A stretch of 64,000 nucleotides of DNA from Clostridia bacterium. GTDB lineage: Bacteria; Bacillota; Clostridia; JAAYHZ01. A model generated the notes under the pieces. It was not told the origin of the DNA. It worked only from the letters and a program-made list of their open reading frames with translations, and did not search any database. Below are positions 20,479 to 30,421 of the stretch, piece after piece. The stretch is taken from positions 32,001 through 96,000 of the forward strand of contig JBMNIH010000007.1 in NCBI GenBank assembly GCA_050950825.1, read 5' to 3'. Position numbers and translations under genes: made by a program. Numbering within the stretch: position 1 is the stretch's first letter; the number at the start of each line of letters is the position of its first letter.

Positions 20479-21183
20479 TCATACTTTACTCGCAAGCATA
20501 TTATTGATAGGGTTGTTATGGTACAGGTAACTTGCTATTGTCGAGTCGTTAATTATTTCTAACAAGGCCTCCGTTTTTCCTGCCGGAGAAAACATGGTAA
20601 TGGCGGTGAAAGCGGAGAATATGACCAAAAGCCCGGCTATGCATCCTAAGACAAGTCCGGCGCTTCGGTCCAGCTGCTTTATAACCGGCGCATCCGCAAT
20701 TTTTTTAATCATGACAAACAAAAGAGAAAACAATATCCGCACGACGATGAAGATCAATATTCCCGCAATGACTAAAGTCAAAAAGCTTGCAATCCCGGTA
20801 CTGACGGCATAGGCTGCCGAATCGGCACCGGAGGATACGGCCATGGCGGCATTTTCTGCCGACTTTTCCGCGATGGCAGGCTTGATGTTTTCGGGCAGAG
20901 GAATTTGGTCCAAAAGATGGTTGATGCTTTCCATAAGCGAAAGACCGGCGGAGAGCACCTTCCCTTGTGTGGTCTCGTATATTTTATCCACCATGCGGTT
21001 ATAGAATTCGGCTTGCTGCAGAAGGCTTGAGATGGGACGTGCAAATTTCAATGCGATGAAAACGGACAGTATGAAGGACAGAATCTTGTAAGCCATTTTA
21101 ATAACACCGGTATACAAACCGATAATACCGGCTACGGCGATGATACCAATTACGATGATATCGATAGCATCCAATGTTAACAA
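20479..21183 (-). CDS. CvpA family membrane protein
   Basis: LDAIDIIV...GLYTG N-terminus, [19 protein letters not shown]-terminus. Confidence 0.8.
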   Translation of the reverse strand: MLTLDAIDIIVIGIIAVAGIIGLYTGVIKMAYKILSFILSVFIALKFARPISSLLQQAEFYNRMVDKIYETTQGKVLSAGLSLMESINHLLDQIPLPENIKPAIAEKSAENAAMAVSSGADSAAYAVSTGIASFLTLVIAGILIFIVVRILFSLLFVMIKKIADAPVIKQLDRSAGLVLGCIAGLLVIFSAFTAITMFSPAGKTEALLEIINDSTIASYLYHNNPINNMLASKV

Positions 21184-21190
21184 ATCCTTT

Positions 21191-22423
21191 CTAGAATAAT
21201 TTTATGTACGTCATATCCAGCTCCGTTACGGATACGGCATGGGTCCTGCCCAAGGGGAATACATCCAAAACGTCGCTTTTTGAGCTGTACTTGATGGACA
21301 AGGTTCCTTCCGTATTGTAGAACAGGACTTCTCTTCCGTAATTTACCGCCGCTATATCGTCGTATGTTCGAATACTCACAATATTCGTTCCGTATATGTG
21401 CTCTTGAAGAGTGTTTCCTTCGTAATCGGCAAAGACCGTATGACATTGGCCCTGCGAGTCGATGTAGGCATACACCAAACCGTTTTTAATGGGAGATACG
21501 GTAATCATTTTACCCGTTTCTTTCTTCCAAACCGATTCGGCATTGCCGTTGAAGCAATAGATTCCTTTTTCGTTTCCCGTAATTAGGTTTCCGTTTTCCA
21601 AGGGAAACAAAACCGAAAAGAGTTCGTTTTGAACAATGTGTCCGGCGTCCGCCGCTTCCGCAATAAAGTCCGAAAACTCCAGTATGGTTTCAATCCCCGT
21701 CCCGGATGTCTTGACGCTGTTCACCGTGTACTCTTTTCCCGATGAAAGTACGGCCGCATTGACCGCCACGCTTTCCCTTTTATATACATCGCATATCTTT
21801 TTGCCTGAAGAGTCGAAAAAACTGATTTTGGAATAGGCGTTGGTATCGTCGCATAAGACGGCGATATACCCTTTGCTGTTTACCGACATGTAGCGGATGG
21901 TTCCCGTCAGCTCCAAAAGGGCGATTCGCTTCATGCCTTTGTAGACATAAACCGTCTTTTGGTCTCGATCCCCGATAAGAGCGATTTCCGCATTGTATGC
22001 GGTAATGGGAGCGGTTATCTCGATGATTTCCCTGTGAACCGCTTTTCCCGACGGATCGTAAACGGTAATATCTTGCCCGCTGCTGACATAAAGGTATCGG
22101 CTGCAAGGCACGTATGCATAAGCGGAACCGCCGGATAAAACGGTGCTCAAGGGTGTCGCTTTGTCCTTGGGTACCGCTTGCTCTTCGCCGGTAATCATGG
22201 CAACGGCCGATTTGATGTCCTCAAAGTTAAATTCCAATTGGCCGGATTTTAAAACCGAAAGAACCGTTAACGTGGCAATCAAAAAAACAACGCTAACCAA
22301 GAATATAAAGGAAAAAGCGTTTCTTGCTTTGCTGTCTTTTTTTTCGGAGCTTTTCTCCTCTTTTTTTTTCTCGACCATGCGCAGTTTTTCTCCGTCTTCT
22401 CCGTAATATCCCAAACGACCCAC
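21191..22423 (-). CDS. DUF5711-like single-pass membrane beta-propeller protein
   Basis: N-terminal TM followed by repeated beta strands; adjacency to cvpA as usual in Clostridia. Confidence 0.65.
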   Translation of the reverse strand: MGRLGYYGEDGEKLRMVEKKKEEKSSEKKDSKARNAFSFIFLVSVVFLIATLTVLSVLKSGQLEFNFEDIKSAVAMITGEEQAVPKDKATPLSTVLSGGSAYAYVPCSRYLYVSSGQDITVYDPSGKAVHREIIEITAPITAYNAEIALIGDRDQKTVYVYKGMKRIALLELTGTIRYMSVNSKGYIAVLCDDTNAYSKISFFDSSGKKICDVYKRESVAVNAAVLSSGKEYTVNSVKTSGTGIETILEFSDFIAEAADAGHIVQNELFSVLFPLENGNLITGNEKGIYCFNGNAESVWKKETGKMITVSPIKNGLVYAYIDSQGQCHTVFADYEGNTLQEHIYGTNIVSIRTYDDIAAVNYGREVLFYNTEGTLSIKYSSKSDVLDVFPLGRTHAVSVTELDMTYIKLF

Positions 22424-22509
22424 GATTAACGATGCCGTTAATCCCCTTGATTTATTATACCATATCGGCTTTGAAGGTAGTCAAATCCTTCATGTTTTCA
22501 ATAAAAATA

Positions 22510-22541
22510 TAGATGCAAGCTTTTTAGGGTCTTGCATCTAT
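22510..22541 (-). terminator. terminator downstream of tRNA-Arg
   Basis: TAGATGCAAG...CTTGCATCTA hairpin with T-rich run on the minus strand. Confidence 0.6.
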
Positions 22542-22615
22542 GGCGTCTCGGGCAGGAATCGAACCCGCATCAGTGGAACCGGAATCCACTACCTTATCCG
22601 TTAGGCCACCGAGAC
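22541..22615 (-). tRNA. tRNA-Arg(CCG)
   Basis: minus strand GTCTCGG...GTGGA-TTCCGGT-TCCAC...GGTTCGATTCC...CCGAGAC-G-CCA; anticodon CCG. Confidence 0.95.
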
Positions 22616-22715
22616 ATCACGACTATTATACCACGATTATAGATTTACGCAAATTTTTTTTATCGGGGTATGCTATAATGTATGAAAATCTCATGGAGAA
22701 AAGCTGATAAACATC

Positions 22716-23687
22716 ATGAAAATCGGATCCGTCGAATTTCAAAATCATATATTCTTAGCCCCTATGGCCGGCATTACCGACTACGCCTTTCGAAAGCTCT
22801 GCAAAGAGCAGGGTGCGGGATTGACGTATACGGAAATGATCAGTGCCAAGGCGTTGTGCTATAAAGATCGAAAGACCTTTGAAATCGCAAAAATATATCC
22901 GGACGAGGTGCCCACCGCCGTTCAAATTTTCGGAAGCGAGCCCTACTATATGGCCAAGGCGGCGGAATTTCTATGCGAACAAGGTCCCTGCCTTATCGAT
23001 ATTAACATGGGATGCCCGGCACCGAAAATCGTTAAAAACGGCGAAGGCTGTGCTTTAATGAAGGATCTTTCCTTGGCCGGGAAAATCATTGCGGAGACGG
23101 TGAAGGCATCCAAAGTACCCGTAACGGTCAAAATTCGCAAAGGATGGGATGAAAACAGCGTCAATGCGGTGGAGATGGCGAAAACGGCGGAGGAAAACGG
23201 AGCATCGGCGGTAACGATCCACGGCCGGACCCGGGATATGTATTACTCGGGCCATGCCGATTGGGAAATTATTGCCAGGGTCAAGGAAAGCGTGAGCATC
23301 CCGGTCATCGGAAACGGCGATATAAAAACGGCCAAAGACGTTATGGAAATTAAAAAAATCACCGGATGCGATGGCGTGATGATCGGAAGAGCCGCTTTGG
23401 GGAATCCGTGGATATTTTCTTGGATCGGTGATGAAGCCGTAACGGATCCTCCCGCCATAGATCCTTATCGAAAATACGAGATGATTCTGCGCCACATGGA
23501 TTTGATGCTGAAGATCAAAGGAGAGGTGCAGACCGTCAACGAAATGAGAAAGCATATCGCTTGGTATTTAAAAGGGTTTAAGTATGCCGCCAAAATCCGA
23601 GATTCCATTTTTAAGATCGACGATTTGGAGGGCGTTAAAAAAGAGTTGGAACGAATATTTGCCAAAGGAGGACTCGAAGATGCATGA
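22716..23687 (+). CDS. dusB: tRNA-dihydrouridine synthase B
   Basis: LAPMAGITD, DINMGCP, VKIRKGW, IHGRT, IGNGD, GNPW. Confidence 0.93.
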   Translation: MKIGSVEFQNHIFLAPMAGITDYAFRKLCKEQGAGLTYTEMISAKALCYKDRKTFEIAKIYPDEVPTAVQIFGSEPYYMAKAAEFLCEQGPCLIDINMGCPAPKIVKNGEGCALMKDLSLAGKIIAETVKASKVPVTVKIRKGWDENSVNAVEMAKTAEENGASAVTIHGRTRDMYYSGHADWEIIARVKESVSIPVIGNGDIKTAKDVMEIKKITGCDGVMIGRAALGNPWIFSWIGDEAVTDPPAIDPYRKYEMILRHMDLMLKIKGEVQTVNEMRKHIAWYLKGFKYAAKIRDSIFKIDDLEGVKKELERIFAKGGLEDA

Positions 23688-24156
23688 TGCCACAAAATTT
23701 GCTCAAGAATCCTACGTGGAAATGACCCAGTTGGTGATGCCAAACGATACCAATTCACAAGGGAACTTATTCGGGGGGACCTTGATGAAGTGGATTGACT
23801 TGGCCGGTGCCATGGTGGCCATGAGGCATACCCACATGGATTGCGTGACGGTATCGGTAGACAACATGGATTTTCATCATTCGGTGAAGCTCAACGAAAT
23901 CGTAACCTTAAAAGCCAAATTGACATGGACGGGAAATACGTCTATGGAAATTAAGGTGGATGTGTATGCCGAGGATCCCTATACCGGCCAAAGACGTTTG
24001 ACCAATACCGCCTATATGGTTTTGGTAGCATTGGATAAGGACCATAATCCTGCGAAAATTCCTCAATTGAAAATCATCAGCGATAGCGAAAAGGAGGAAT
24101 GGGACCGCGCCGTGAAGCGCCGGGAAATGCGTTTGCAGAGAAAAAACAAAAAGTAA
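23680..24156 (+). CDS. acyl-CoA thioesterase (hotdog fold, YciA-like)
   Basis: PNDTNSQGNLFGG...WID, TGNTSMEI; GGAGG RBS. Confidence 0.9.
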   Translation: MHDATKFAQESYVEMTQLVMPNDTNSQGNLFGGTLMKWIDLAGAMVAMRHTHMDCVTVSVDNMDFHHSVKLNEIVTLKAKLTWTGNTSMEIKVDVYAEDPYTGQRRLTNTAYMVLVALDKDHNPAKIPQLKIISDSEKEEWDRAVKRREMRLQRKNKK

Positions 24157-24242
24157 AAAGTCATAAAAAGAGCCTGTCTGCAGTATCCATAATAAGAGGG
24201 GGCGTACAAACCCTTTACAATACATAAGGGATGAGGATCTGC

Positions 24243-25778
24243 ATGACGGTAAAGCAAATAGCGAAGGGTGCTCTGCTTTTAACGCTGACGGGACTGCTTT
24301 TAAGATTGATCGGTTTTTTCTACAGGATTTACCAATCCAACATGATCGGAAACGAAGGGATGGGGCTGGTTCAACTCTTTTTTTCCGTTTATTCTTTGGT
24401 GCTCATTGTCCTTTCTTCCGGTTTATCCACGGCCGTTTCCAACCTGACGGCCCGGTCGGAAGCCGTCGGAGGAAATTCCGTTAAAATTATCAAGACGGCT
24501 CTTTTGTTGGTATTTTTAATCGGTATCCCCGTAGGCTTGATTGTGCATTTTTCTTCCGGGTTCATCGCGACGACCATTGTCAAAGACGAAAGAACCTTGT
24601 TGTCTTTTCGATTCATCGGATTCCTTCTTCCGGTGGTTGCCGCATCCTCGGTCATGAGAGGATATTTTTACGGACTCAATCATGTGCTGCCGTCCTCCGC
24701 CTCGCAAATGCTGGAGCAAGCAGTTAAGGTCATAGCGGCCGTTCTTTTGTACAACCGAATGATTCCTAAAGGATTGGATTATGCTTGCTTGGCCGTTGTT
24801 ATTGCAAGCGTGGCGGGGGATTTGGCAAGCTTTCTTATGCTGGGCTTTTTGATTGTTAAAAAGGACCGGCAAACGGGTAAAGAATCCGCTTCCTTACCTT
24901 TCAAAAAGCTGATTTCCGATTTAATGAAAATATCCGTTCCCTTGTCCTTTAACCGTCTGATTTCTTCTTTGCTGCATTCGGCGGAAATCATATTGATACC
25001 GAGAAGACTGATGCTTTCCGGAATGCAGTACGCACAAGGGATGGATCTTTTCGGAAGATTTACCGGTATGGCTTCGCCTTTGATTATGTTTCCTTCCATC
25101 TTCACCGCTTCTTTGGCAACCATGCTGGTTCCTACCATTGCCCGCGATATGCATAACGATGAAATGCTAAAGCAAAAGATCTCCAAATCCGTTCAATTGA
25201 CCATGGTGATCGGATTTTTATTTTCCGCCATATTCAATTCTTGTGCCCATGAATTCGGGGAGCTATTGTTTGCCGGTAAAAACGTAGGGGAGGTCATTCA
25301 AATTCTTTCTTGGTCCTGTATTTTCGTTTACTTGAACCAAACCCTATCCGGCATCATGCACGGGCTTAACAAGCATACGGCTTTTATGTGGAATTCCATG
25401 ATCGGATGCTCCTTAAGAATCCTGGTGGTGTACTTTTTGGTTCCCCTGAAAGGAATCACCGTTTACGTCTGGGGTATCAGCGTCAGCTTTGCGATAAGCG
25501 CCGTTTTGAATTTGTATACCATTATCAAAAGCACCGGCGTGGCGATAGATTTTCGAAAGTGGTTTTTTAAGCCGGCCTTGGTTTTTTTGGCCATGAAAGC
25601 CACCGGACAATACATAACGGCGATTCTTTCCGCCGTCGGGGTTCACGGAAAGCTGCATTTTGCCACGGTAATTTTGGGTACCTCCTTAATCGGATTGGGG
25701 ATGATGTTCGGCGTGGGGGCCATCAGCTTTCGAGAAACCGTGCATATGCTGGGAATCAAAAAACCTCGAAATTCGTAG
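24243..25778 (+). CDS. spoVB: SpoVB-like MOP-family polysaccharide/lipid II flippase
   Basis: KGALLLT...RLIGFFYRI, GNEGMG, SQMLEQ, about 14 TMs. Confidence 0.7.
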   Translation: MTVKQIAKGALLLTLTGLLLRLIGFFYRIYQSNMIGNEGMGLVQLFFSVYSLVLIVLSSGLSTAVSNLTARSEAVGGNSVKIIKTALLLVFLIGIPVGLIVHFSSGFIATTIVKDERTLLSFRFIGFLLPVVAASSVMRGYFYGLNHVLPSSASQMLEQAVKVIAAVLLYNRMIPKGLDYACLAVVIASVAGDLASFLMLGFLIVKKDRQTGKESASLPFKKLISDLMKISVPLSFNRLISSLLHSAEIILIPRRLMLSGMQYAQGMDLFGRFTGMASPLIMFPSIFTASLATMLVPTIARDMHNDEMLKQKISKSVQLTMVIGFLFSAIFNSCAHEFGELLFAGKNVGEVIQILSWSCIFVYLNQTLSGIMHGLNKHTAFMWNSMIGCSLRILVVYFLVPLKGITVYVWGISVSFAISAVLNLYTIIKSTGVAIDFRKWFFKPALVFLAMKATGQYITAILSAVGVHGKLHFATVILGTSLIGLGMMFGVGAISFRETVHMLGIKKPRNS

Positions 25779-25833
25779 GAATTGTTAAGAATTCGAAGTA
25801 AATAAGAGCTATTTCAAGTTGAATTCTCTTGAA

Positions 25834-25912
25834 GGTCAAAGAAGGTCAAAATCAAATTTTGATATTTCGCCGAATCGGGGTATAATAAAGACAAAAGTCA
25901 AAGAAAGTCAAA
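25834..25912 (+). promoter_or_regulatory. sigmaA promoter flanked by two CtsR boxes
   Basis: GGTCAAA-GAA-GGTCAAA (25834-25850) and AGTCAAA-GAA-AGTCAAA (25896-25912) match RGTCAAA-NAN-RGTCAAA; TTGATA-16-TATAAT between them. Confidence 0.9.
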
Positions 25913-25962
25913 GACAAGACAGGAATTGACTTTAAGATCAAAAGGTGTTGGAGGTGATGCCT

Positions 25963-26385
25963 ATGGCAGGACTGATTCCTTTTGGAAGAAGCTTTTTAAC
26001 GGATGTTTTTGATAACGATTGGTTTGAACCGATTTTTAATCGGCCTTGGATGATTCCGGGTGATCGCAGCATGTGTTGCGATATCAAGGAATTGGACGAC
26101 AAGTATGTAATGGAGATTGATCTTCCCGGCGTAAAGAAGGAGGATATCGATATCAGCTTGGATAACGGCTTACTGACGATTTCGGCAAGAGCGGAGGAAG
26201 CCAAGGAAGACAAGGGAAAATATATCGTAAAAGAAAGGAGAATGCAAACCTGTCAAAGAAGCTTTCGAGTAGGCGATCGGATAACGAAGGACAATGTCCG
26301 CGCAACCTTTGAAAACGGCGTTTTGACATTGACCATCGACAAGAAGGGAGGCGAGCCGAAAGACACCAAAATCGACGTCAATTAA
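25963..26385 (+). CDS. small heat shock protein (Hsp20/alpha-crystallin)
   Basis: DLPGVKKEDI, ERR...RSF, ATFENGVLTL. Confidence 0.93.
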   Translation: MAGLIPFGRSFLTDVFDNDWFEPIFNRPWMIPGDRSMCCDIKELDDKYVMEIDLPGVKKEDIDISLDNGLLTISARAEEAKEDKGKYIVKERRMQTCQRSFRVGDRITKDNVRATFENGVLTLTIDKKGGEPKDTKIDVN

Positions 26386-26552
26386 TATGATGAAATGAAT
26401 CTTTACGGTCGAAATAAACGGCATGAATACACTCGATAAGGCGGAACGATTTGTTCCGCCTATGGTAAAGCATTTCATTGCAAAGCGTTTATGCGAAGCA
26501 ATTTTAATATAGATCATTTTTTGGAGAATACTAATAGCGGAGGTGTTAATCC

Positions 26553-27008
26553 ATGTTTGATTTGATTCCTATTAACAGAAGAGTGAACCGATTGGCAAGA
26601 AGTGCATTTGACGATATGTCCGATTTTATGTCCGATTTTTTCAACGGCTTCTTTAATAACTTTGCTTATCCTTTTACCGGCAACTTTATGAGAAGCGACG
26701 TGAAAGACAACGGAAAGGAATATGCCATCGATATTGAGCTTCCCGGCGTAAAGAAGGAAGATATCGACGTGCATCTGGACAACGGATACCTGACGGTAGC
26801 CGTGAACGTGAAAGAAGAAAACAAAGACAAAAAGGATAACTACATTATGCAAGAACGCAGATACGGCGCATGCCAAAGAAGCTTCCGTGTCGGCGACAAC
26901 ATTAAAAAATCGGATATTAAGGCGCAGTACAAGGACGGCATCTTAACCCTGACGTTACCGAAGGCAGAAGATACAAAAGAAAAAGATACACGTATCTTGA
27001 TTAGCTAA
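26553..27008 (+). CDS. small heat shock protein (Hsp20), tandem paralog
   Basis: ELPGVKKEDI, ERRYGACQRSF, AQYKDGILTLTLPK. Confidence 0.93.
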   Translation: MFDLIPINRRVNRLARSAFDDMSDFMSDFFNGFFNNFAYPFTGNFMRSDVKDNGKEYAIDIELPGVKKEDIDVHLDNGYLTVAVNVKEENKDKKDNYIMQERRYGACQRSFRVGDNIKKSDIKAQYKDGILTLTLPKAEDTKEKDTRILIS

Positions 27009-27012
27009 GGAG

Positions 27013-27041
27013 AAGAAGACGGTTTTACGCCGTCTTTTTTT
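27013..27041 (+). terminator. rho-independent terminator
   Basis: AAGACGG...CCGTCTT followed by a T run. Confidence 0.75.
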
Positions 27042-27112
27042 ATGCCCTTTTTTAATTAGGGAAATAAAGGAAAATTTTTAAGCAATATTTCAAAAATTTT
27101 TGAAGATTTTCC

Positions 27113-27184
27113 TTGACAATAGGAGAACCGGGGCATATAATCGAATGCATAATTCATCAATTTATCTGTTTATCATGATGAAGT
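27113..27184 (+). promoter_or_regulatory. his operon sigmaA promoter with putative HisR-type operator
   Basis: TTGACA(27113)-17-TATAAT(27136); 8-bp tandem repeats AATTCATC/AATTTATC/TGTTTATC then inverted GATGAAGT. Confidence 0.65.
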
Positions 27185-27190
27185 AATGGA

Positions 27191-28465
27191 GTGAACGCAG
27201 TGAACGACATGAAGATTTACACCCCGGAGGGTGTGCAGGACATATTAGGGAATATCAGCTACGGTAAGCGGAAGATCGAATCGAAGATTATGGAATTGTT
27301 CATGTCCTTCGGCTACGAGGAAATACAAACCCCCAATATCGAATATTACGATACCTTTGCCGTGGAAAAAGAATTAATGCCCCAAGAAAAGATGTTTAAA
27401 TTCGTCGATCCTCGGGGACGGTTATTGGTACTAAGACCGGATATGACCATACCGGTCGCTCGTGTTGCGGCTACAAAGCTGAGAACGGATCAAATACAAC
27501 GCTTCTGTTATGTGGGAAACGCATACCGATACAATGAATTCGGCGGAGGAAAACAAAGGGAATTTACGCAGGTAGGGGTGGAGCTTTTAGGAGACAAAAG
27601 CCCCCAAAGCGATGCGGAAGTCATCGTTTTAGCCATCCATGCCTTAATACGGTCCGGTCTTAACGAGTTTCAAATCGATATCGGACAAACGGATTTTTTC
27701 AAAGGAATCACCCAAGAAGCGGGGCTCAATTCCATGCAGGAGGAAAACCTTCGAGAGGCCATCGACACAAAGGATACCATCGGGATTGAAAATTTCACGG
27801 AAGATTTAAAGCTTTCATCGGATATGAAACGACTGATTCGAAATCTGCCGGATTTCTTCGGATCCGTCGAAGCCATTGACAAAGCATACGAGTTTCCGTT
27901 AAGCGAAAGGTCCAAGAAAGCCTTGCAAAACCTGCGGGAGATTTTGGATATTATTAACGGTTACGGCTTGAGCCGCTATGTTTCCGTAGATCTGGGCATG
28001 GTTCCCGCCTTGGACTACTACACCGGACTTATCTTCCGAGGATTTACATACGGCGTAGGGTTCCCCGTATTAAGCGGAGGGCGCTACGACAATCTTCTTG
28101 AAAAATTCGGGTTCCCCAAACCGGCCATCGGTTTTTCCATCGGCGTTAACATGCTGATCAACGCTCTTTTACGCCAAGACGATTCCGGTTTTCTTCAAAA
28201 ACCTAAAATCGACATGCTGTTTTATACGGACCCGGAATGTGCCGTGATCGGGTATCGGCTTTCCGACAAACTGAGAAATTCGGGGTATACCGTGGAAACT
28301 CTTTTTAATATAACGGACTTGGAAAAAACGGACAAAACGAAGTACAAGATGCTTGTTCGAGTAAACAAGGATCAAATTATCGTAGAGAATTTTTTAGATA
28401 ACACCGTGAAAGAATGGACTGAAGAAGAATTCGTCAACGGATATATCGGGAGGGATGCCATATGA
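27191..28465 (+). CDS. hisZ: ATP phosphoribosyltransferase regulatory subunit
   Basis: HisRS-like [30 protein letters not shown], upstream of short hisG; true start may be GTG 27200. Confidence 0.92.
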   Translation: MNAVNDMKIYTPEGVQDILGNISYGKRKIESKIMELFMSFGYEEIQTPNIEYYDTFAVEKELMPQEKMFKFVDPRGRLLVLRPDMTIPVARVAATKLRTDQIQRFCYVGNAYRYNEFGGGKQREFTQVGVELLGDKSPQSDAEVIVLAIHALIRSGLNEFQIDIGQTDFFKGITQEAGLNSMQEENLREAIDTKDTIGIENFTEDLKLSSDMKRLIRNLPDFFGSVEAIDKAYEFPLSERSKKALQNLREILDIINGYGLSRYVSVDLGMVPALDYYTGLIFRGFTYGVGFPVLSGGRYDNLLEKFGFPKPAIGFSIGVNMLINALLRQDDSGFLQKPKIDMLFYTDPECAVIGYRLSDKLRNSGYTVETLFNITDLEKTDKTKYKMLVRVNKDQIIVENFLDNTVKEWTEEEFVNGYIGRDAI

Positions 28466-29094
28466 GAATGCTGAATATTGCCCTGGCAAAAGGAAGGCTT
28501 TCGGATTTATCCATCGATATTTTTGAAAATGCCGGTATTGACACCACGGAGCTCCGAAATCCGGGAAGAAAACTCATTTTGGAAGAGCCGAAAAGCGATA
28601 TACGCTTTTTCCTGGTAAAGCCCGGAGACGTTCCTACTTACGTGGAGTACGGTGCGGCGGATATGGGTATCGTAGGTAAGGATACGCTTTTGGAGGAAGG
28701 GCGAAATTTGTATGAGGTCTTGGATTTAGGCTTCGGAAAGTGCCAAATGGCGGTGGCGGGGCCTCCGGAAATGAAGGATCGCTTGAACCGTTTTGACCGT
28801 CTCCGAATCGGAACAAAATATCCCGAAACGGCTCGTAAATATTTCGAAGGCGTTAAAGGAATGCAGATCGAAGTCATCAAGCTGAACGGCTCCGTGGAAT
28901 TGGCCCCCTTGGTAGGCTTGTCGGAAGTGATTGTGGATATCGTCGAGAGCGGAAAAACCTTAAGAGAAAACGGTCTTGTGGTATTGGAAAAGATCGCCGA
29001 TATTTCCGCACGATTGATTGTAAACAGAGTCAGCATGAAAATGAAAAACGAGAAAATCAGCAAGCTGATTGCGGATATTAAAAGACAGTTGTAA
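28462..29094 (+). CDS. hisG: ATP phosphoribosyltransferase (short form)
   Basis: [27 protein letters not shown]. Confidence 0.95.
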   Translation: MRMLNIALAKGRLSDLSIDIFENAGIDTTELRNPGRKLILEEPKSDIRFFLVKPGDVPTYVEYGAADMGIVGKDTLLEEGRNLYEVLDLGFGKCQMAVAGPPEMKDRLNRFDRLRIGTKYPETARKYFEGVKGMQIEVIKLNGSVELAPLVGLSEVIVDIVESGKTLRENGLVVLEKIADISARLIVNRVSMKMKNEKISKLIADIKRQL

Positions 29095-29110
29095 CGGGAG
29101 ATTCGAGCTT

Positions 29111-30421
29111 ATGCTGAAGATTTTTGATTTGAGCAATACGAATATCAACGAGGTTTATCAAAGACTGAAAAAACGAAGCGGTTTGGAAAGCAACGTGGAA
29201 AATGCCGTACGTCAAATTTTGGAGGACGTTAGAAATGAAGGCGATGCGGCTTTGCGAAGGTATGCTTTAAAGTTTGATAGGACGGATTATAACGAAGTTC
29301 CTATCCGTATATCGGACGAAGAAAGAAAGCAAGCCGCCTTACACGTAGCCCCTTCCATGCGTGATATCATAGATTCGGCGGCTAAAAATATTCGGGAATA
29401 TCATGAAAAGCAAAAAAGGAATTCCTGGTTTACCACGGATAAAAACGGTACTCTTTTGGGACAGTTGATTACTCCCGTAAGCCGGGTGGGTGTATACGTT
29501 CCCGGAGGAACCTTAGGAGCCGCACCTTTGATTTCAACGGTTTTAATGACCATCATTCCGGCTAAAATCGCCGGCGTGGAAAGAATCGTTATGGTCACTC
29601 CTCCCGGCGAATCCGGCAAAGTCAATTTCGAAATGCTTTATGCCGCCGGAGTGGCCGGTGCGGATGAAATCTACCGTGTCGGCGGCGCCCAGGCCATCGG
29701 CGCTTTGGCATACGGAACCGAAAGCATCAAGCCGGTCCATAAGATATTCGGCCCCGGGAATATTTACGTATCTACGGCCAAAAGATTGGTCTTCAGTCTT
29801 TGCGGAATCGATCAATTTGCAGGTCCCAGTGAAATTTTGGTTTTTGCCGACGGAAAGGCCAATCCTTCCTATATTGCGGCGGATTTATTATCCCAAGCGG
29901 AGCATGATCCTATGGCGGCAGCCGTTTTGGTTACCGATTCCTATTCTTTAGCGGAAGCGGTCAATAATCAAATAGAGGAGCAAATCGAAAGCTTGGATAA
30001 AAAAGAGATTTGCAAAAAATCTCTTTCCGAATACGGGTGTGCCGTTATTGTTCCGAATCTTTCGGAAGGAATGGATATCGTCAATGAAATCGCTCCGGAG
30101 CATTTGGAAATTTGTACGGAAAATCCGACGGATTGGCTGCCTTATGTGAAAAATGCGGGATCCGTCTTTTTAGGAGACTATTCTCCCGAATCCGTAGGAG
30201 ACTATTTTGCAGGGCCTAATCATGTTCTTCCTACCTGCGGAACGGCCAAGTTCTCCTCCCATTTAAGCGTAGACGACTTTGTGAAAAAGTCCGGCATTAT
30301 ATCCTACTCCAAAAAAGCATTGATGGAAAACGGCGACTACATAATGAAATTTGCCGAAGCGGAAAAGCTGTCCGCTCATGCCAGGGCGGTAGGAATTCGG
30401 TTGGAGGATTTAAAGGCATGA
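29111..30421 (+). CDS. hisD: histidinol dehydrogenase
   Basis: GVYVPGG, GGAQAI, GPGN, AGPSE, QAEHD, PEHLE, GPNHVLPT. Confidence 0.95.
   Translation: MLKIFDLSNTNINEVYQRLKKRSGLESNVENAVRQILEDVRNEGDAALRRYALKFDRTDYNEVPIRISDEERKQAALHVAPSMRDIIDSAAKNIREYHEKQKRNSWFTTDKNGTLLGQLITPVSRVGVYVPGGTLGAAPLISTVLMTIIPAKIAGVERIVMVTPPGESGKVNFEMLYAAGVAGADEIYRVGGAQAIGALAYGTESIKPVHKIFGPGNIYVSTAKRLVFSLCGIDQFAGPSEILVFADGKANPSYIAADLLSQAEHDPMAAAVLVTDSYSLAEAVNNQIEEQIESLDKKEICKKSLSEYGCAVIVPNLSEGMDIVNEIAPEHLEICTENPTDWLPYVKNAGSVFLGDYSPESVGDYFAGPNHVLPTCGTAKFSSHLSVDDFVKKSGIISYSKKALMENGDYIMKFAEAEKLSAHARAVGIRLEDLKA

Noticed and set aside
22541-22615. tRNA-Arg as an integration site
   Set aside because: No integrase or duplicated tRNA 3' end nearby; the flanks are housekeeping genes
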